Shown: positions 1 through 10,331 of the stretch, one piece after another | Numbering within the stretch: the stretch's first letter is position 1 | How the letters are laid out: each line of letters starts with the position of its first letter | Origin: an uncultured Verrucomicrobiae bacterium | Lineage (GTDB): Bacteria > Verrucomicrobiota > Verrucomicrobiia > Chthoniobacterales > UBA10450 | NCBI GenBank assembly: GCA_963725505.1 | Contig: CAVRYN010000012.1 | Coordinates: forward strand, 18,164-82,163 | DNA: 64,000 nucleotides | Direction: 5' to 3' | Notes under the pieces: model-generated | Databases searched by the model: none | Seen by the model: only the letters and a program-made list of their open reading frames with translations | What the model was told of the DNA's origin: nothing | Translations under genes and position numbers: made by a program

Positions 1-324
1 TCCGTACACCATTTGGCATGATCGAAGCTAAGTACGAACGTCGCCGATCTTTGGGAAAAATAGGGAAATATCGGCGATACGACCTTATGAAAGCCCACTC
101 GAAGCTCCGGAGAGAGTTTCCAAAGAGCGCGATCGCGCTCTGAACCACCGGTTGTCAGACCTTGTCCCGAAAATTTCAAATGTCTGAAATGTGTTCCTTA
201 GATCCCTTATAGAGATGTAGCAATTCAACGATGAACACGGCGATGAAAATTATCCGAAGACACGCCGTATCGTGTGCGTGCCGACCTACTCGCCGATGAA
301 TCGCCCCGAAAGCAGGATACCAAT

Positions 325-1582
325 ATGAGCGAGCCCGGTCCACGAGTCGTGATTGTCGGTGGAGGATTTGGCGGCCTTGCTGCAGCCAAGGCTCTGCGCA
401 CAGGCACCAACGCACAACGTTCTGATCGACCGCAATAATCATCACGTCTTTCAGCCGTTGCTTTATCAGGTGGCGACATCGGTGCTCGGCCCCGCGCAAA
501 TCAGTTCTCCCATCCGGCAATATTGCGGAAACAGAAAAACACGACCGTGATCATGGGCGACGTCACCGGCGTGGACAAGGAGCAGCGTTGTGTGTTTGTC
601 AATGACGCCGACCGCGAGCATGTGCCTGTGCCCTATGACTATCTCATCCTCGCTACCGGAGTGCGGCACAGCTACTTCGGGCACAACGAATTTGAAAAGT
701 TCGCTCCAGGTCTAAAGAGTCTTGCCGATGCGGTTGAGATTCGAAACAAGATTCTTAAGGCATTTGAGATAGCCGAGGCCGAAGAAGACGTTAGCCGTCA
801 TCGCGATCTGTTAACCTTTGTCCTGGTCGGCGCTGGTCCGACCGGTGTGGAGATGGCTGCGGCGCTGGCGATTTTTGTTCGCACCACGCTGCGTTCAGAT
901 TTCCGGCGGATCGATCCTACCTCAGCCCGGATTGTCCTGCTTGATGCTGCACCGAAGGTTCTCGGACCGTTTGCGCCTGATCTTTCTGAAGCTGCGCCAA
1001 GAACCGCCTGGAAAAGCTCGGTGTCGAAGTTCGTCTCGGCCACGCCGTCGAAAAGATCGACGAAGAGGGCGTTATTGTCGGCGGCGAGCGCATTCCGAGC
1101 AAGGCGGTCATCTGGACGGCGGGCGTCGCGCCTTCACCGGCGGGGAAGTGGTTAGGCGTCGAGACCGATCGCGCCGGTCGAGTTCGCGTTCAACAAGATC
1201 TTCGTGTTCCGGGTCATCCCGGAAATCTTCGTCATCGGTGATACCGCATCACTCGATCAGGACGGCAAGCCATTACCCGGCGTCGCTCAAGTAGCGATGC
1301 AACAGGGACGCTACGTCGGGAAATTAATTAGCCGGCATATTGCTGGGAAGAACTGGCCTCAAACCTTTTCGTTACTTCGACAAAGGTAACATGGCGGTAG
1401 TCGGCAAAGGCTACGCCGTTCTGCAAAGCGGCAAGCTTAAGATGCACGGTTTGCTCGCCTGGTTCGCCTGGGCCGCCATCCATATCCTCTACCTGTCACA
1501 AAATAGCCTGAGGATCAGCGTCTTCTTGCAGTGGCTCTGGACATTTCTTCACCGGCCAGCGCGGTTCGCGACTCATCGTTGA
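325..1582 (+). pseudogene. ndh: Type II NADH:quinone oxidoreductase (NDH-2), copy 1, broken by about 5 frameshifts
   Basis: ATG 325 gives [24 protein letters not shown] (GxGxxG). Homology continues through ORFs 353-550, 523-1155, an unlisted frame ~1005-1220 (RLEKLGVEVRLGHAVEKIDEEGVIVGG..VIWTAGV), 1204-1389 (EIFVIGDTA) and 1340-1582. Frame changes near 400, 520, 1000, 1217, 1355. Confidence 0.8.
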
Positions 1583-1677
1583 AAAGACACCCGAAGAAAC
1601 GGCCAAGTCGAACACACCTTCCGCAACAATTCCTCCTAACGAAACCAAACCCGAACTTCAACCAACTCACTAAAACT

Positions 1678-2640
1678 ATGGCAACAACATCAACACAACC
1701 GACCGAGCAACGCGCAAACGGACTCTGAAAGCTAAAACTAAGACTGCGCGCTTGTTCGTTCTCGATATCGCCGATGGCCGCGATCTTGTCGGCGAATCCC
1801 GATGGCACCGATAAGAAGGTCATCGTCACGGGTTGTCCGATGCCTGATGGCATCGTTGTCGATGCCGAGGCGGGGCACATCTACTGGACTAACATGGGTG
1901 CTGACCTTAAGCAGAACGATGGCTCGATCGAACGCGCCGACTTCGATGGAAAGAATCGCACGACGATCGTGCCTGAAGGCGGAACGTTCACGCCGAAGCA
2001 GCTAACGTTAGATAGGAAGAACGGTAAGATCTATTGGTGCGATCGCGAGGGGATGCGCGTCATGCGCTGCAACCTCGATGGCTCGACGATCGAGACGCTG
2101 GTCGATACGAGCAAAGGCGATCCGCGACCGGGTCCCGACGCTAAGAAATGGTGCGTCGGAATCAGCGTCGATCACCGACCGCGGCCAATTCTATTGGACG
2201 CAGAAAGGACCGGACGATGCGGGACAAGGTCGCATCTTTCGCGCGAATATTGAAATGCCGAAAGGTGAAACTGCGGCTAATCGGAGCGACATCGAAGTTC
2301 TCTACGATGGTCTGCCTGAGCCGATCGACCTGGAGCTCGATCTCAAGAATCGGCTGATCTACTGGACCGACCGCGGCGATCCTCCGCGCGGTAACACCGT
2401 GAATCGCGCACCAATGGATGCGGAGTTCAAGAAGCGTCCGGCGCCTGACATCCTGCTTCACCCACTTGATGGAAGGAATTGGGCATCGCGATCGATTTCG
2501 CGGGGAACCGGATGTTCCTCACCGATCTGGCCGGGTCCGTCTATTCCGCAAAGCTGGATGGCTCTGAGAAAAAGCCGGTGCTTTTCGCGCAGGGAAACCT
2601 TACCGGCATTGCCTACGCAGAAGTAACCGCAAACCGTTGA
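1678..2640 (+). pseudogene. YWTD/NHL-type six-bladed beta-propeller protein, 3-4 frame changes
   Basis: Repeated blade motifs GHIYWTNMG, GKIYWCDREG, GQFYWTQKG, RLIYWTDRG, NRMFLTDLAG spread over ORFs 1774-2253 and 2078-2626 plus a terminal frame ending at TGA 2638-2640. Shifts near 1780, 2170, 2462 and possibly 1722. Start is uncertain. Confidence 0.6.
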
Positions 2641-2678
2641 ATCGTTAAACCTCAAACCAAACAAATCGGAGAAAAATC

Positions 2679-3678
2679 ATGTCATATAACAAACCTATCC
2701 GTCGCATCGCCATCGTCGGCACTGGAGTCATCGGCGCCAGTTGGGCGGCTCAGTATCTCGCTCGCGGATTCGATGTCGTCGCGACTGATCCCGCGCCCAA
2801 CGCAGAAGCCAACTTGCGCAAGTACGTCGATGAAGCCTGGCCAGACCTAACGAACATCGGTCTGTCGAAAGGCGCGTCGCGCGACCGCTTGAGCTTCACG
2901 ACCGACATGAAGGAAGCGCTTTCGAAAGCCGATCTCGTTCAGGAAAACGCACCGGAGCGTCCGGACTTCAAGATGAAGCTGTACGCCCAGATGGACGAGG
3001 TGACTCCGGTTGATTCGCTTCTCGCTTCGAGTTCATCGGGAATAACACCGAGTGTGATCCAATCGAAGTGCAAGCACCCAGAGCGTGTTGTCATCGGCCA
3101 TCCGTTTAATCCGCCGCACATCATCCCGTTAGTAGAGGTTGTAGGCGGGAGTAAGACCTCGCCGGAAGCCATCCAACAAGCAATGACGTTCTATGCTTCG
3201 ATTGGCAAGAAACCGATTCATTTGAAGAAGGAACTTCCCGGACATGTGGCCAACCGGTTCCAAGCCGCGCTTTATCGCGAGATGCTTTATCTCATTCAGG
3301 AGAACGTGCTGAGCGTCGAGGACACGGATGCTGCCGTTAGCTACGGACCGGGGCTTCGCTGGGGCGTGATGGGCCAAAGCCTGCAATGGCACCTGGGCGG
3401 CGGCGCGGGCGGGATCAAACACTTCATGGATCATCTTATGGATCCACTAGCATGGCATGATGAAGGCTCTCGGAACTCCAAACATCACGCCCGAGCTGAA
3501 GCAAACAGTCGTCGATGGCGTAATGCGCGAAGCGGACGGACGCTCGGTCGATCAGCTCGCTCAAGATGAAAATCGAGTGTTAATTGGGCTGCTCAAGCTG
3601 AGGAATATAGCGGCAGGGACAAAGTCGGACCAACCTAAGTCATCCTCGCAGAGAGCAACAACCGGAGCCAGCGCATAA
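2679..3678 (+). pseudogene. NAD-dependent 3-hydroxyacyl-CoA dehydrogenase family, L-carnitine-dehydrogenase-like; one frameshift near 3455
   Basis: IAIVGTGVIGASWA Rossmann motif and HPFNPPHIIPLVEVV. The C-terminal ~70 aa continue in ORF 3457-3678 (different frame). Confidence 0.75.
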
Positions 3679-3744
3679 GAAAAAACGACTAAACTGAGCC
3701 ATTAACAAACGAATTCAATCTCAACCAAATGAAGGAGAACTAAA

Positions 3745-4965
3745 ATGCCAGCCGAAGCTAAACCCACCAAACCGCAAAAACCACTGCCAGCACCTAACAG
3801 CGACTTTTACCAACTCGCTGAAACGCTGCCCTCCGACGATCTCGCGGATCTGAGAAAGGTCCGTCAGTTCATGGAGAACAAGGTCGCGCCGATCATTAAC
3901 AAGTACTGGGCCGAAGACTCGTTCCCGTTCGAGCTCGTGCCGGGGGTCAAGGCGCTGAACATCGCCGGCGTGGGGTTGGAGGGATATGAGTGTCGAGGGG
4001 GGAGTGCGCTGCTCACCGGCCTTATCGCGATGGAAATGTCGCGAGTCGATGGGTCGATCGCAACCTTCTTCGGCGTCCACAGCGGCCTGGCGATGGGTTC
4101 GATTTACATCGTCGGGTCGGAGGAGCAGAAGCAGAAGTGGCTTCCGCCAATGGCGCGCATGGAGAAGATCGGTTGCTTCGGCCTAACTGAGCCGTTGGTG
4201 GGATCGGGCACGGGCGGTGGGCTAACAACGACGGCGAAACGCGACGGCGATACTTGGATACTTAACGGTCAGAAGCGGTGGATCGGTAACGCGCCGTGGT
4301 GCGATATTTCAATCATCTGGGCCAGGGACGTCGCCGACAATCAGGTCAAAGGCTTCATCGTTGAGAACAAGACTACGCCCGGCTTCAGTGTTGAGAAAAT
4401 TGAAAACAAAATCGCACTCAAGGTAGTGCAGAATGGCCAGATCACCATGAAGGACGTCCGGTTGCCGGACGCGAACCGCCTCCAAGGCGGCGAACAATCG
4501 TTCCGCGACACCGCGAAGGTGCTTCGTCAGACGCGGTATCTCGTCGGCTGGGAGTCGACGGGCTGCCAGATGGGCGCCTACGAGCACGCGCTCAAATACG
4601 CCCAGGAGCGTTTGCAGTTCGGTAGGCCGATTGCCTCGTTCCAGCTCATCCAGGAGTTGCTCGCCCGGATGCTCGCGAACATCACGGCCTGTCAGTGCAT
4701 GGTGGTTCGCACGGCGCAACTGGACGACCAGGGTAAGCTGACGGACGCGCAGGCGGCGCTCTCCAAGGCATTCACCACGTCCAAGATGCGCGAGACAGTC
4801 GCATGGGGCCGCGAGATACTCGGCGGCAACGGAATCGTCCTCGACTACGACGTCGCTCGTTTCTTCGCGGACGCCGAGGCGTTCTACTCCTACGAAGGGA
4901 CGTTCCAGATGCAAAACCTGATCGTCGGCAAGGCGATAACAGGATTTAGCGCCTTCGTACACTAA
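3745..4965 (+). CDS. Acyl-CoA dehydrogenase, glutaryl-CoA-dehydrogenase-like
   Basis: 406-aa intact ORF with CFGLTEP..GS motif, RWIGNAPWCD and a C-terminal QMQNLIVGKAITG typical of the ACAD fold. Confidence 0.9.
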   Translation: MPAEAKPTKPQKPLPAPNSDFYQLAETLPSDDLADLRKVRQFMENKVAPIINKYWAEDSFPFELVPGVKALNIAGVGLEGYECRGGSALLTGLIAMEMSRVDGSIATFFGVHSGLAMGSIYIVGSEEQKQKWLPPMARMEKIGCFGLTEPLVGSGTGGGLTTTAKRDGDTWILNGQKRWIGNAPWCDISIIWARDVADNQVKGFIVENKTTPGFSVEKIENKIALKVVQNGQITMKDVRLPDANRLQGGEQSFRDTAKVLRQTRYLVGWESTGCQMGAYEHALKYAQERLQFGRPIASFQLIQELLARMLANITACQCMVVRTAQLDDQGKLTDAQAALSKAFTTSKMRETVAWGREILGGNGIVLDYDVARFFADAEAFYSYEGTFQMQNLIVGKAITGFSAFVH

Positions 4966-5013
4966 TATGCAATGTGAACAGATGACCAGACCTTCTAGAC
5001 AGGAGATAACATT

Positions 5014-5817
5014 ATGAGTCAGACAGGAACAGCACTAACCCTTGAGAATGTTTTGTACGAAAAAAAGGGCGCCATCGCTTATGTAACTCTTAATCGTCCC
5101 AAGGTGCTCAATGCTCTCAGCCAAAGAACGTGGGAGAATCTGAGAGCAGCTTTCGAGGATGCACGGGATGACGCCGCGGTGCGTGGCGTGATCCTGACGG
5201 GAGCAGGCGACAAAGCATTCGCCGCCGGAGCGGACATCAGCGAACTGGCTCAAGCCTCTGCAATCGATGCAGAAAAGTCGAGCAGTTTCGGGCAAGATGT
5301 CCTCAATCTTGTTGAGAACCTTGGCAAGCCGGTCGTAGCAGCCATCAACGGCTTCGCCCTTGGTGGCGGCTGCGAAACAGCCATGGCTTGCACCATCAGG
5401 ATCGCGGTGGATAACGCCAAGTTTGGTCAGCCCGAGATTACTCTAGGTCTTATTCCCGGCGGCGGTGGCACACAACGTCTGCCGCGGCTGGTTGGAAAGG
5501 GTCGAGCTCTGCAGCTCATTCTCTCTGGAGGGATGATCACTGCACAGGAGGCCTATCGCATAGGTCTCGTTAACGAAGTCGTTCCGGCCGCGGAGCTGAT
5601 CACGCGCGCCGAAGCAATCTTGAATCAAATCTTTAGGAACGCTCCGGTCGCAGTGAGGTACTCACTCGAAGCGGTGAACAAAGGGTTGGAGACAAATTTG
5701 GCCGAAGGCCTGGCCCTGGAAGCTTCTTTGTTCGGCCTTTGCGCTGGAACGGAGGACAAGAAGGAAGGCACAAAGGCCTTTCTCGAAAAGCGCAAGCCGC
5801 AGTTTCAAGGAAAGTGA
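5014..5817 (+). CDS. Enoyl-CoA hydratase (crotonase family)
   Basis: 267 aa. VILTGAGDKAFAAGADI, INGFALGGGCE and GLIPGGGGTQRLPRLVG are classic crotonase motifs. Confidence 0.9.
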   Translation: MSQTGTALTLENVLYEKKGAIAYVTLNRPKVLNALSQRTWENLRAAFEDARDDAAVRGVILTGAGDKAFAAGADISELAQASAIDAEKSSSFGQDVLNLVENLGKPVVAAINGFALGGGCETAMACTIRIAVDNAKFGQPEITLGLIPGGGGTQRLPRLVGKGRALQLILSGGMITAQEAYRIGLVNEVVPAAELITRAEAILNQIFRNAPVAVRYSLEAVNKGLETNLAEGLALEASLFGLCAGTEDKKEGTKAFLEKRKPQFQGK

Positions 5818-5839
5818 ATCAATAAGGAAGGACTTACAT

Positions 5840-7078
5840 ATGCCTAACGACAATATCTTTTCAGGACTAAAAGTTGTAGATTTCGCAAGCTTTATCGCAG
5901 GCCCGGGTGCTGCCGTGATCCTGTCCGATTTCGGCGCCGACGTCGTCAAGGTGGAGCCGCCCAAGGGCGAGATGTGGCGAATGGGCCAGAAGATCCCGCC
6001 GCAACCGAATTCTGATATCGCTTATCCCTTCCAGCTCTCGAACCGCAATAAGCGCAGCCTCACACTCGATCTGAAGTCTCCAAGCGCTGGTCCGGTTCTC
6101 GAGCGCCTGGTTAAGTGGGCTGACGTGTTCATCGTCAACACGCCACATCCGGCGCGCAAGAAATTGAGGCTGGAATATGAGGATGTCGCCGAATGGAATC
6201 CGCGCCTGATCTATGCTGATCTTACCGGCTTCGGCGAAAAGGGTCCCGATGCCAGTCTTCCGGGTTTCGATCTCACGGCCTTCTGGGCGCGCAGCGGTTT
6301 GTTATCTATGACCCGCGACGCTGGCTCGCCGCCGACCTGGCCGGTTTCAGGCAGCGGTGACAACGCAACTGCCGTCGCCATTTATGCCGCGATCGCCACC
6401 GCGCTTTATCGTCGCGAACGGACTGGCAAAGGATCCTACGTCACGACCTCGCTCCTGGCTGCAGGTGTTTGGTCGGCCGGTGTCTTCATCCAGGCCGCAC
6501 TAGCCGGTGCAAGCTTCTACGGGCTGCATGATCGAACACATCCGGCCAATGCGGCTTTGAACGTGTACCGCTCCTCGGACGGGACTTGGTTCCTCCTTGT
6601 CGCCCCACCCGACAAGATACCAGCGGTCCTGAAAGCCATGGGAAAGGAGGAACTGCTGACCGATCCGCGCTTCTCCGATCCGAAGAAGCTGGCAGAGAAC
6701 CGTCCGCAGCTAACAGCAATGCTTGACGATATCTTCGGCTCGCAGCCGATGTCGCATTGGAACGAGATCTTCAGCGGCGTTCACGTCCCCTTCGGCGCGG
6801 TGCGTGATCCACACGAAGTGATAAACGACCCGCAACTCCGACCAAATAACATTGTCGTTCCGCTGGAAGGAGCAGGTGACAAGCTTAACTCGACGATCAG
6901 CAGTCCTATTCAGGTGCATGGCATCGATAAGGTACCCGCAAGGCGCGCTCCGGGAATCGGAGAGCACAATGATCAGGTGCTTGGTGAACTCGGTTTCAGC
7001 GCGACGGAAATCGAGGGGTTGCGCACGAGCGGCGCCGTCCCGAAAGCAAAACAACCCGCGTTAGCGGCCGGTGGATAG
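5840..7078 (+). CDS. Family III CoA-transferase (CaiB/BaiF family)
   Basis: 412 aa. N-terminal GLKVVDFASFIAGPGAAVILSDFGADVVKVEPP is typical of CaiB/BaiF/Frc. Confidence 0.9.
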   Translation: MPNDNIFSGLKVVDFASFIAGPGAAVILSDFGADVVKVEPPKGEMWRMGQKIPPQPNSDIAYPFQLSNRNKRSLTLDLKSPSAGPVLERLVKWADVFIVNTPHPARKKLRLEYEDVAEWNPRLIYADLTGFGEKGPDASLPGFDLTAFWARSGLLSMTRDAGSPPTWPVSGSGDNATAVAIYAAIATALYRRERTGKGSYVTTSLLAAGVWSAGVFIQAALAGASFYGLHDRTHPANAALNVYRSSDGTWFLLVAPPDKIPAVLKAMGKEELLTDPRFSDPKKLAENRPQLTAMLDDIFGSQPMSHWNEIFSGVHVPFGAVRDPHEVINDPQLRPNNIVVPLEGAGDKLNSTISSPIQVHGIDKVPARRAPGIGEHNDQVLGELGFSATEIEGLRTSGAVPKAKQPALAAGG

Positions 7079-7109
7079 GTTATTCCCAAACTGTCACAGG
7101 AGATGAAAG

Positions 7110-7892
7110 ATGAGTGACATTATTACAGAACGTTCCGGAAGCATCCTTCGGATCGAATTCAATCGTCCGGCAAGCAAAAACTCCATGACTTCGGCGATGT
7201 ACATCACCATCGCGGATCTACTTAACGACGCGGCGAAAGACGATCAGATTCGCGTCGTGCTCTGGCATGGTGCTGGGGATTCGTTTTCAGCAGGCAACGA
7301 CATACAAGATTTTCTAAAGAACCCGCCTGGACCCGGTGAAAGTCCACAAGCTCGCTTGATGGAAGCGCTGATTAACTTCGACAAGCCAATCGTTGCTGCG
7401 GTGCAAGGCGCGGCAATCGGAGGCGGAACCACGATGTTAACTCACTGCGACTTCGTGTTCGCGGGCGAGAGCGCAAAATTCCAAATGCCGTTCGTTAATC
7501 TCGCTTTGGTTCCGGAGTTCGGATCGAGCTGCACAGTTCCAGCACGGATCGGATATCTCCGAGCGGCCGAGCTGATTCTGCTCGGATCACGCTTCGATGC
7601 TAAACGCGCCACCGAGCTTGGTTTGGTGACACGAGTTGTGCCCGATCAGGAATTGCTCGCCACAGCAACTGACACGGCGCGCAAATTAGCGGAGAAAGCG
7701 CCGGCTGCGCTGCAGGCCTGCAAACGATTGATGCGAACGTCAACGCGCGATCAACTCGAGCGAGCCGTTAAACTCGAGAACGAGGAATTCTCAGCGCGCG
7801 TACGATCGGCCGAAGCCAAGGAAGCATTCACGGCGTTCCTTGAGAAGCGTCAGCCGGACTTCACAAAACCGAAGGAACCTGCTACCGCCTAA
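7110..7892 (+). CDS. Enoyl-CoA hydratase/isomerase family protein
   Basis: 260 aa. VVLWHGAGDSFSAGNDI and VQGAAIGGGTTML crotonase-fold motifs. Confidence 0.85.
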   Translation: MSDIITERSGSILRIEFNRPASKNSMTSAMYITIADLLNDAAKDDQIRVVLWHGAGDSFSAGNDIQDFLKNPPGPGESPQARLMEALINFDKPIVAAVQGAAIGGGTTMLTHCDFVFAGESAKFQMPFVNLALVPEFGSSCTVPARIGYLRAAELILLGSRFDAKRATELGLVTRVVPDQELLATATDTARKLAEKAPAALQACKRLMRTSTRDQLERAVKLENEEFSARVRSAEAKEAFTAFLEKRQPDFTKPKEPATA

Positions 7893-7979
7893 GCTAGACA
7901 TCATCATCACCAAACAGAAATTAGTTTTCATTAACAACGCCCCAAATTGTAACAAACCGATAGGAAGAAAGGAAGTATT

Positions 7980-8207
7980 ATGGCTAAACAAGATAAATCA
8001 AATGACTCAGTCTATAAGGTAACGGAAGTAATCGGCACCAGCACGAAATCCTGGGAAGACGCGGCGAAGACCGCGGTCGAAACTGCCTCTGGCACATTGC
8101 GTGATCTGCGCATCGCCGAGGTGGTGAAGATGGATGTGAAGATCGAGAACGGAAAGGTGTTGGAATACCGTACGCGGTTGCAACTGTCGTTCAAGTACGG
8201 GAGCTGA
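7980..8207 (+). CDS. Dodecin-family flavin-binding protein
   Basis: 75 aa. VYKVTEVIGTSTKSWEDAAKTAVETASGTLRDLRIAEV matches the dodecin (DUF1458) pattern from memory. Confidence 0.8.
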   Translation: MAKQDKSNDSVYKVTEVIGTSTKSWEDAAKTAVETASGTLRDLRIAEVVKMDVKIENGKVLEYRTRLQLSFKYGS

Positions 8208-8237
8208 AGACCTTCTTTCGATCCGGAGCATTTAGGG

Positions 8238-9728
8238 ATGATTCACATCCACTCGTTAGGAAGAGCGGCACGGTACCATCCGGAACAACCGGCGCTCGTC
8301 TCCGGCGAAGGTCGACTTAGTTTCCGTGAGCTGCACGAGCGGGTCGGTCGCATTGCTGCTTCCCTGCACGAGCATGGCTTCAAAGCCGGAGACCGGTTGG
8401 CCATTCTTCTGCCAAACGAGCCAGATTACCTGGAGCTAATCTACGCCTGTGCCTGGCTTGGAGTCGTTGCGGTTCCGTTGAACACGCGGCTGTCGATTCC
8501 GGAAATGGATCATGTCCTTACTGATGCGTCGCCACACGCTTTGGTTAGGCATTCAGCGCTAGCTACGCCGAAAGTTCGGCCGCCGTTGGAGGTCGTCCTG
8601 GACGAACAACCGCTGCATCTTAACGATAGCCCTACTCCGGAACCGGTTTACGATCCGGAAGCGATACTGGCTCTTATTTATACCAGCGGGACTACGGGCA
8701 AGCCGAAGGGCGTAGCGCTAATCCACGCCAACATCTGGGCCAACGTAGACCACCTTAACTACTGGATAGTTTACCGCGACGCCACAGTCTATCTCCATGC
8801 CGGAGCGCTTTTCCATATTCTGGATTTCCCGTTCGTATTCGCAGCGCCCGCGCTCGGGATCGCTCAGACCACCGTTCCGAAGTTCAGTCCGCAAGATTTC
8901 TGCGAGGCCGTGGCGCGCGAACGAGTTAGTCACACGGTCCTGGTCCCGACGATGCTTAATCTGTTGACGCAATTCGACAGAATCAGCGAGTACGACCTAA
9001 CAAGTCTAAAGGTGATTGCCTACGGCGGCTCGCCTATCGCGCCCGAGCTGATTCACCGTGTGCAGCAAATCCTGCCAAATGTGAGGTTGTTTCAAGGCTA
9101 CGGGCTCAGTGAAACGGGCTTCCTGACTGGTCTCCAGAATCAGGAGCACACACCGGATCGACTTACTTCCTGCGGGCGCCCGTGTCCCGGCATCGACCTG
9201 CGCGTTGCGGACGAGTCAGGAAACGAAGTCGAAGTGGGCCAGCGCGGCGAGCTAGTAACTCGCGGAGCGAACGTCATGCGTGATTACTGGGATAACTCCG
9301 ACGAAACAACCCACGCCTTTCGAAATGGCTTCTTTCGGACTGGCGACGTTGGTTACCGGGATAGCGAAGGCTACTTCTATATTCTCGATCGCATTAAGGA
9401 CTTGATCGTCACGGGTGGCGAAAACGTTTATTCCGGCGAAGTCGAAGCAGTTCTTTACCAGCATCCGGCCGTTCGTGAAGCGGCCGTCTTTGGCATCCCT
9501 GATCCAAAGTGGGGCGAGCTCGTTATGGCTTGCGTAGTGTTAAAGCCGGGAAAGGCTCTCAGCGCGGATGAGCTGATTGCTTTTTGCCGCCGATCTCTGG
9601 CCAATTACAAAATTCCACGCCGCATCGAGTTCTCAGAAACCGAGCTCCCGAAGAGCGGCTCTGGTAAGATACTTAAGAAGGTCCTGCGTGAGCCTTTCTG
9701 GGCTCATCAAGAACGGGCCGTTGGTTGA
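8238..9728 (+). CDS. AMP-dependent acyl-CoA synthetase/ligase
   Basis: 496 aa. IYTSGTTGKPKGV AMP-binding motif, GYGLSET, TGDVGYRDSEGYFYILDRIKD, C-terminal SGKILKK. Confidence 0.9.
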   Translation: MIHIHSLGRAARYHPEQPALVSGEGRLSFRELHERVGRIAASLHEHGFKAGDRLAILLPNEPDYLELIYACAWLGVVAVPLNTRLSIPEMDHVLTDASPHALVRHSALATPKVRPPLEVVLDEQPLHLNDSPTPEPVYDPEAILALIYTSGTTGKPKGVALIHANIWANVDHLNYWIVYRDATVYLHAGALFHILDFPFVFAAPALGIAQTTVPKFSPQDFCEAVARERVSHTVLVPTMLNLLTQFDRISEYDLTSLKVIAYGGSPIAPELIHRVQQILPNVRLFQGYGLSETGFLTGLQNQEHTPDRLTSCGRPCPGIDLRVADESGNEVEVGQRGELVTRGANVMRDYWDNSDETTHAFRNGFFRTGDVGYRDSEGYFYILDRIKDLIVTGGENVYSGEVEAVLYQHPAVREAAVFGIPDPKWGELVMACVVLKPGKALSADELIAFCRRSLANYKIPRRIEFSETELPKSGSGKILKKVLREPFWAHQERAVG

Positions 9729-9743
9729 CCAAGGCAATAAAAG

Positions 9744-10331
9744 ATGAACACACCTATTCGTATTCTCGGGATAGCTGGGAGTCTGCGGCGCGAATCGTAC
9801 AATCGTGCCGCTTTGCGCGCTGCTACCAAACTCGTGCCAGAAGGCGCGATTCTCGAGACGTTCGAGCTCGACGGAATCCCTGTCTTTAACCAAGACGAGG
9901 AGCAGAATCCGCCCGCCAAAGTCACGGAGTTGAAGCGGCGGATACGCGAGGCGGACGCCATTTTGTTTGTGACGCCGGAATACAACTACTCGGTGTCTGG
10001 TGTCTTGAAGAATGCCATTGACTGGGTGTCGCGCCCCTACGGCGACAACGCGTGGAACGGCAAACCGGCGGCGATCATGGGCGCATCGCCAGGAGCCATC
10101 GGCACCGCGCGCGCGCAATATCATCTGCGGCAGATGCTCGTTTTCTTAAACATGTTCCCGATCAATCAACCAGAGGTGATGATCGCTCACGCCGAGGAGC
10201 GCTTTGATCAGGAAGGAAATCTGACCGATGTGATCACGAAGGAATTCATCCTCGCGCTTTTACAGAACCTCGTAGAGTGGACTCGACGAATCGGTACGCT
10301 GCCACCTCAGTCCCGAGTGAAGGACGTATGA
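9744..10331 (+). CDS. NADPH-dependent FMN reductase (ChrR/YieF-like)
   Basis: 195 aa. ILGIAGSLRRESYN and FVTPEYNYSVSGVLKNAIDW are hallmark motifs. Confidence 0.85.
   Translation: MNTPIRILGIAGSLRRESYNRAALRAATKLVPEGAILETFELDGIPVFNQDEEQNPPAKVTELKRRIREADAILFVTPEYNYSVSGVLKNAIDWVSRPYGDNAWNGKPAAIMGASPGAIGTARAQYHLRQMLVFLNMFPINQPEVMIAHAEERFDQEGNLTDVITKEFILALLQNLVEWTRRIGTLPPQSRVKDV

Noticed and set aside
176-520. 114-aa minus-strand ORF at the left edge
   Set aside because: It overlaps the NDH-2 N-terminus (GGGFGG Rossmann motif on the plus strand) and has no recognisable features.
325-2640. Programmed ribosomal frameshifting or recoding as an explanation for the split genes
   Set aside because: The shift sites I inspected lack slippery heptamers and downstream structures. 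Shifts occur in both directions and several times per gene, and they affect unrelated gene families. Mutation or assembly error is far more likely.
4309-4962. 217-aa ORF on the minus strand
   Set aside because: Antisense to the intact acyl-CoA dehydrogenase gene. No recognisable family. Typical shadow ORF.
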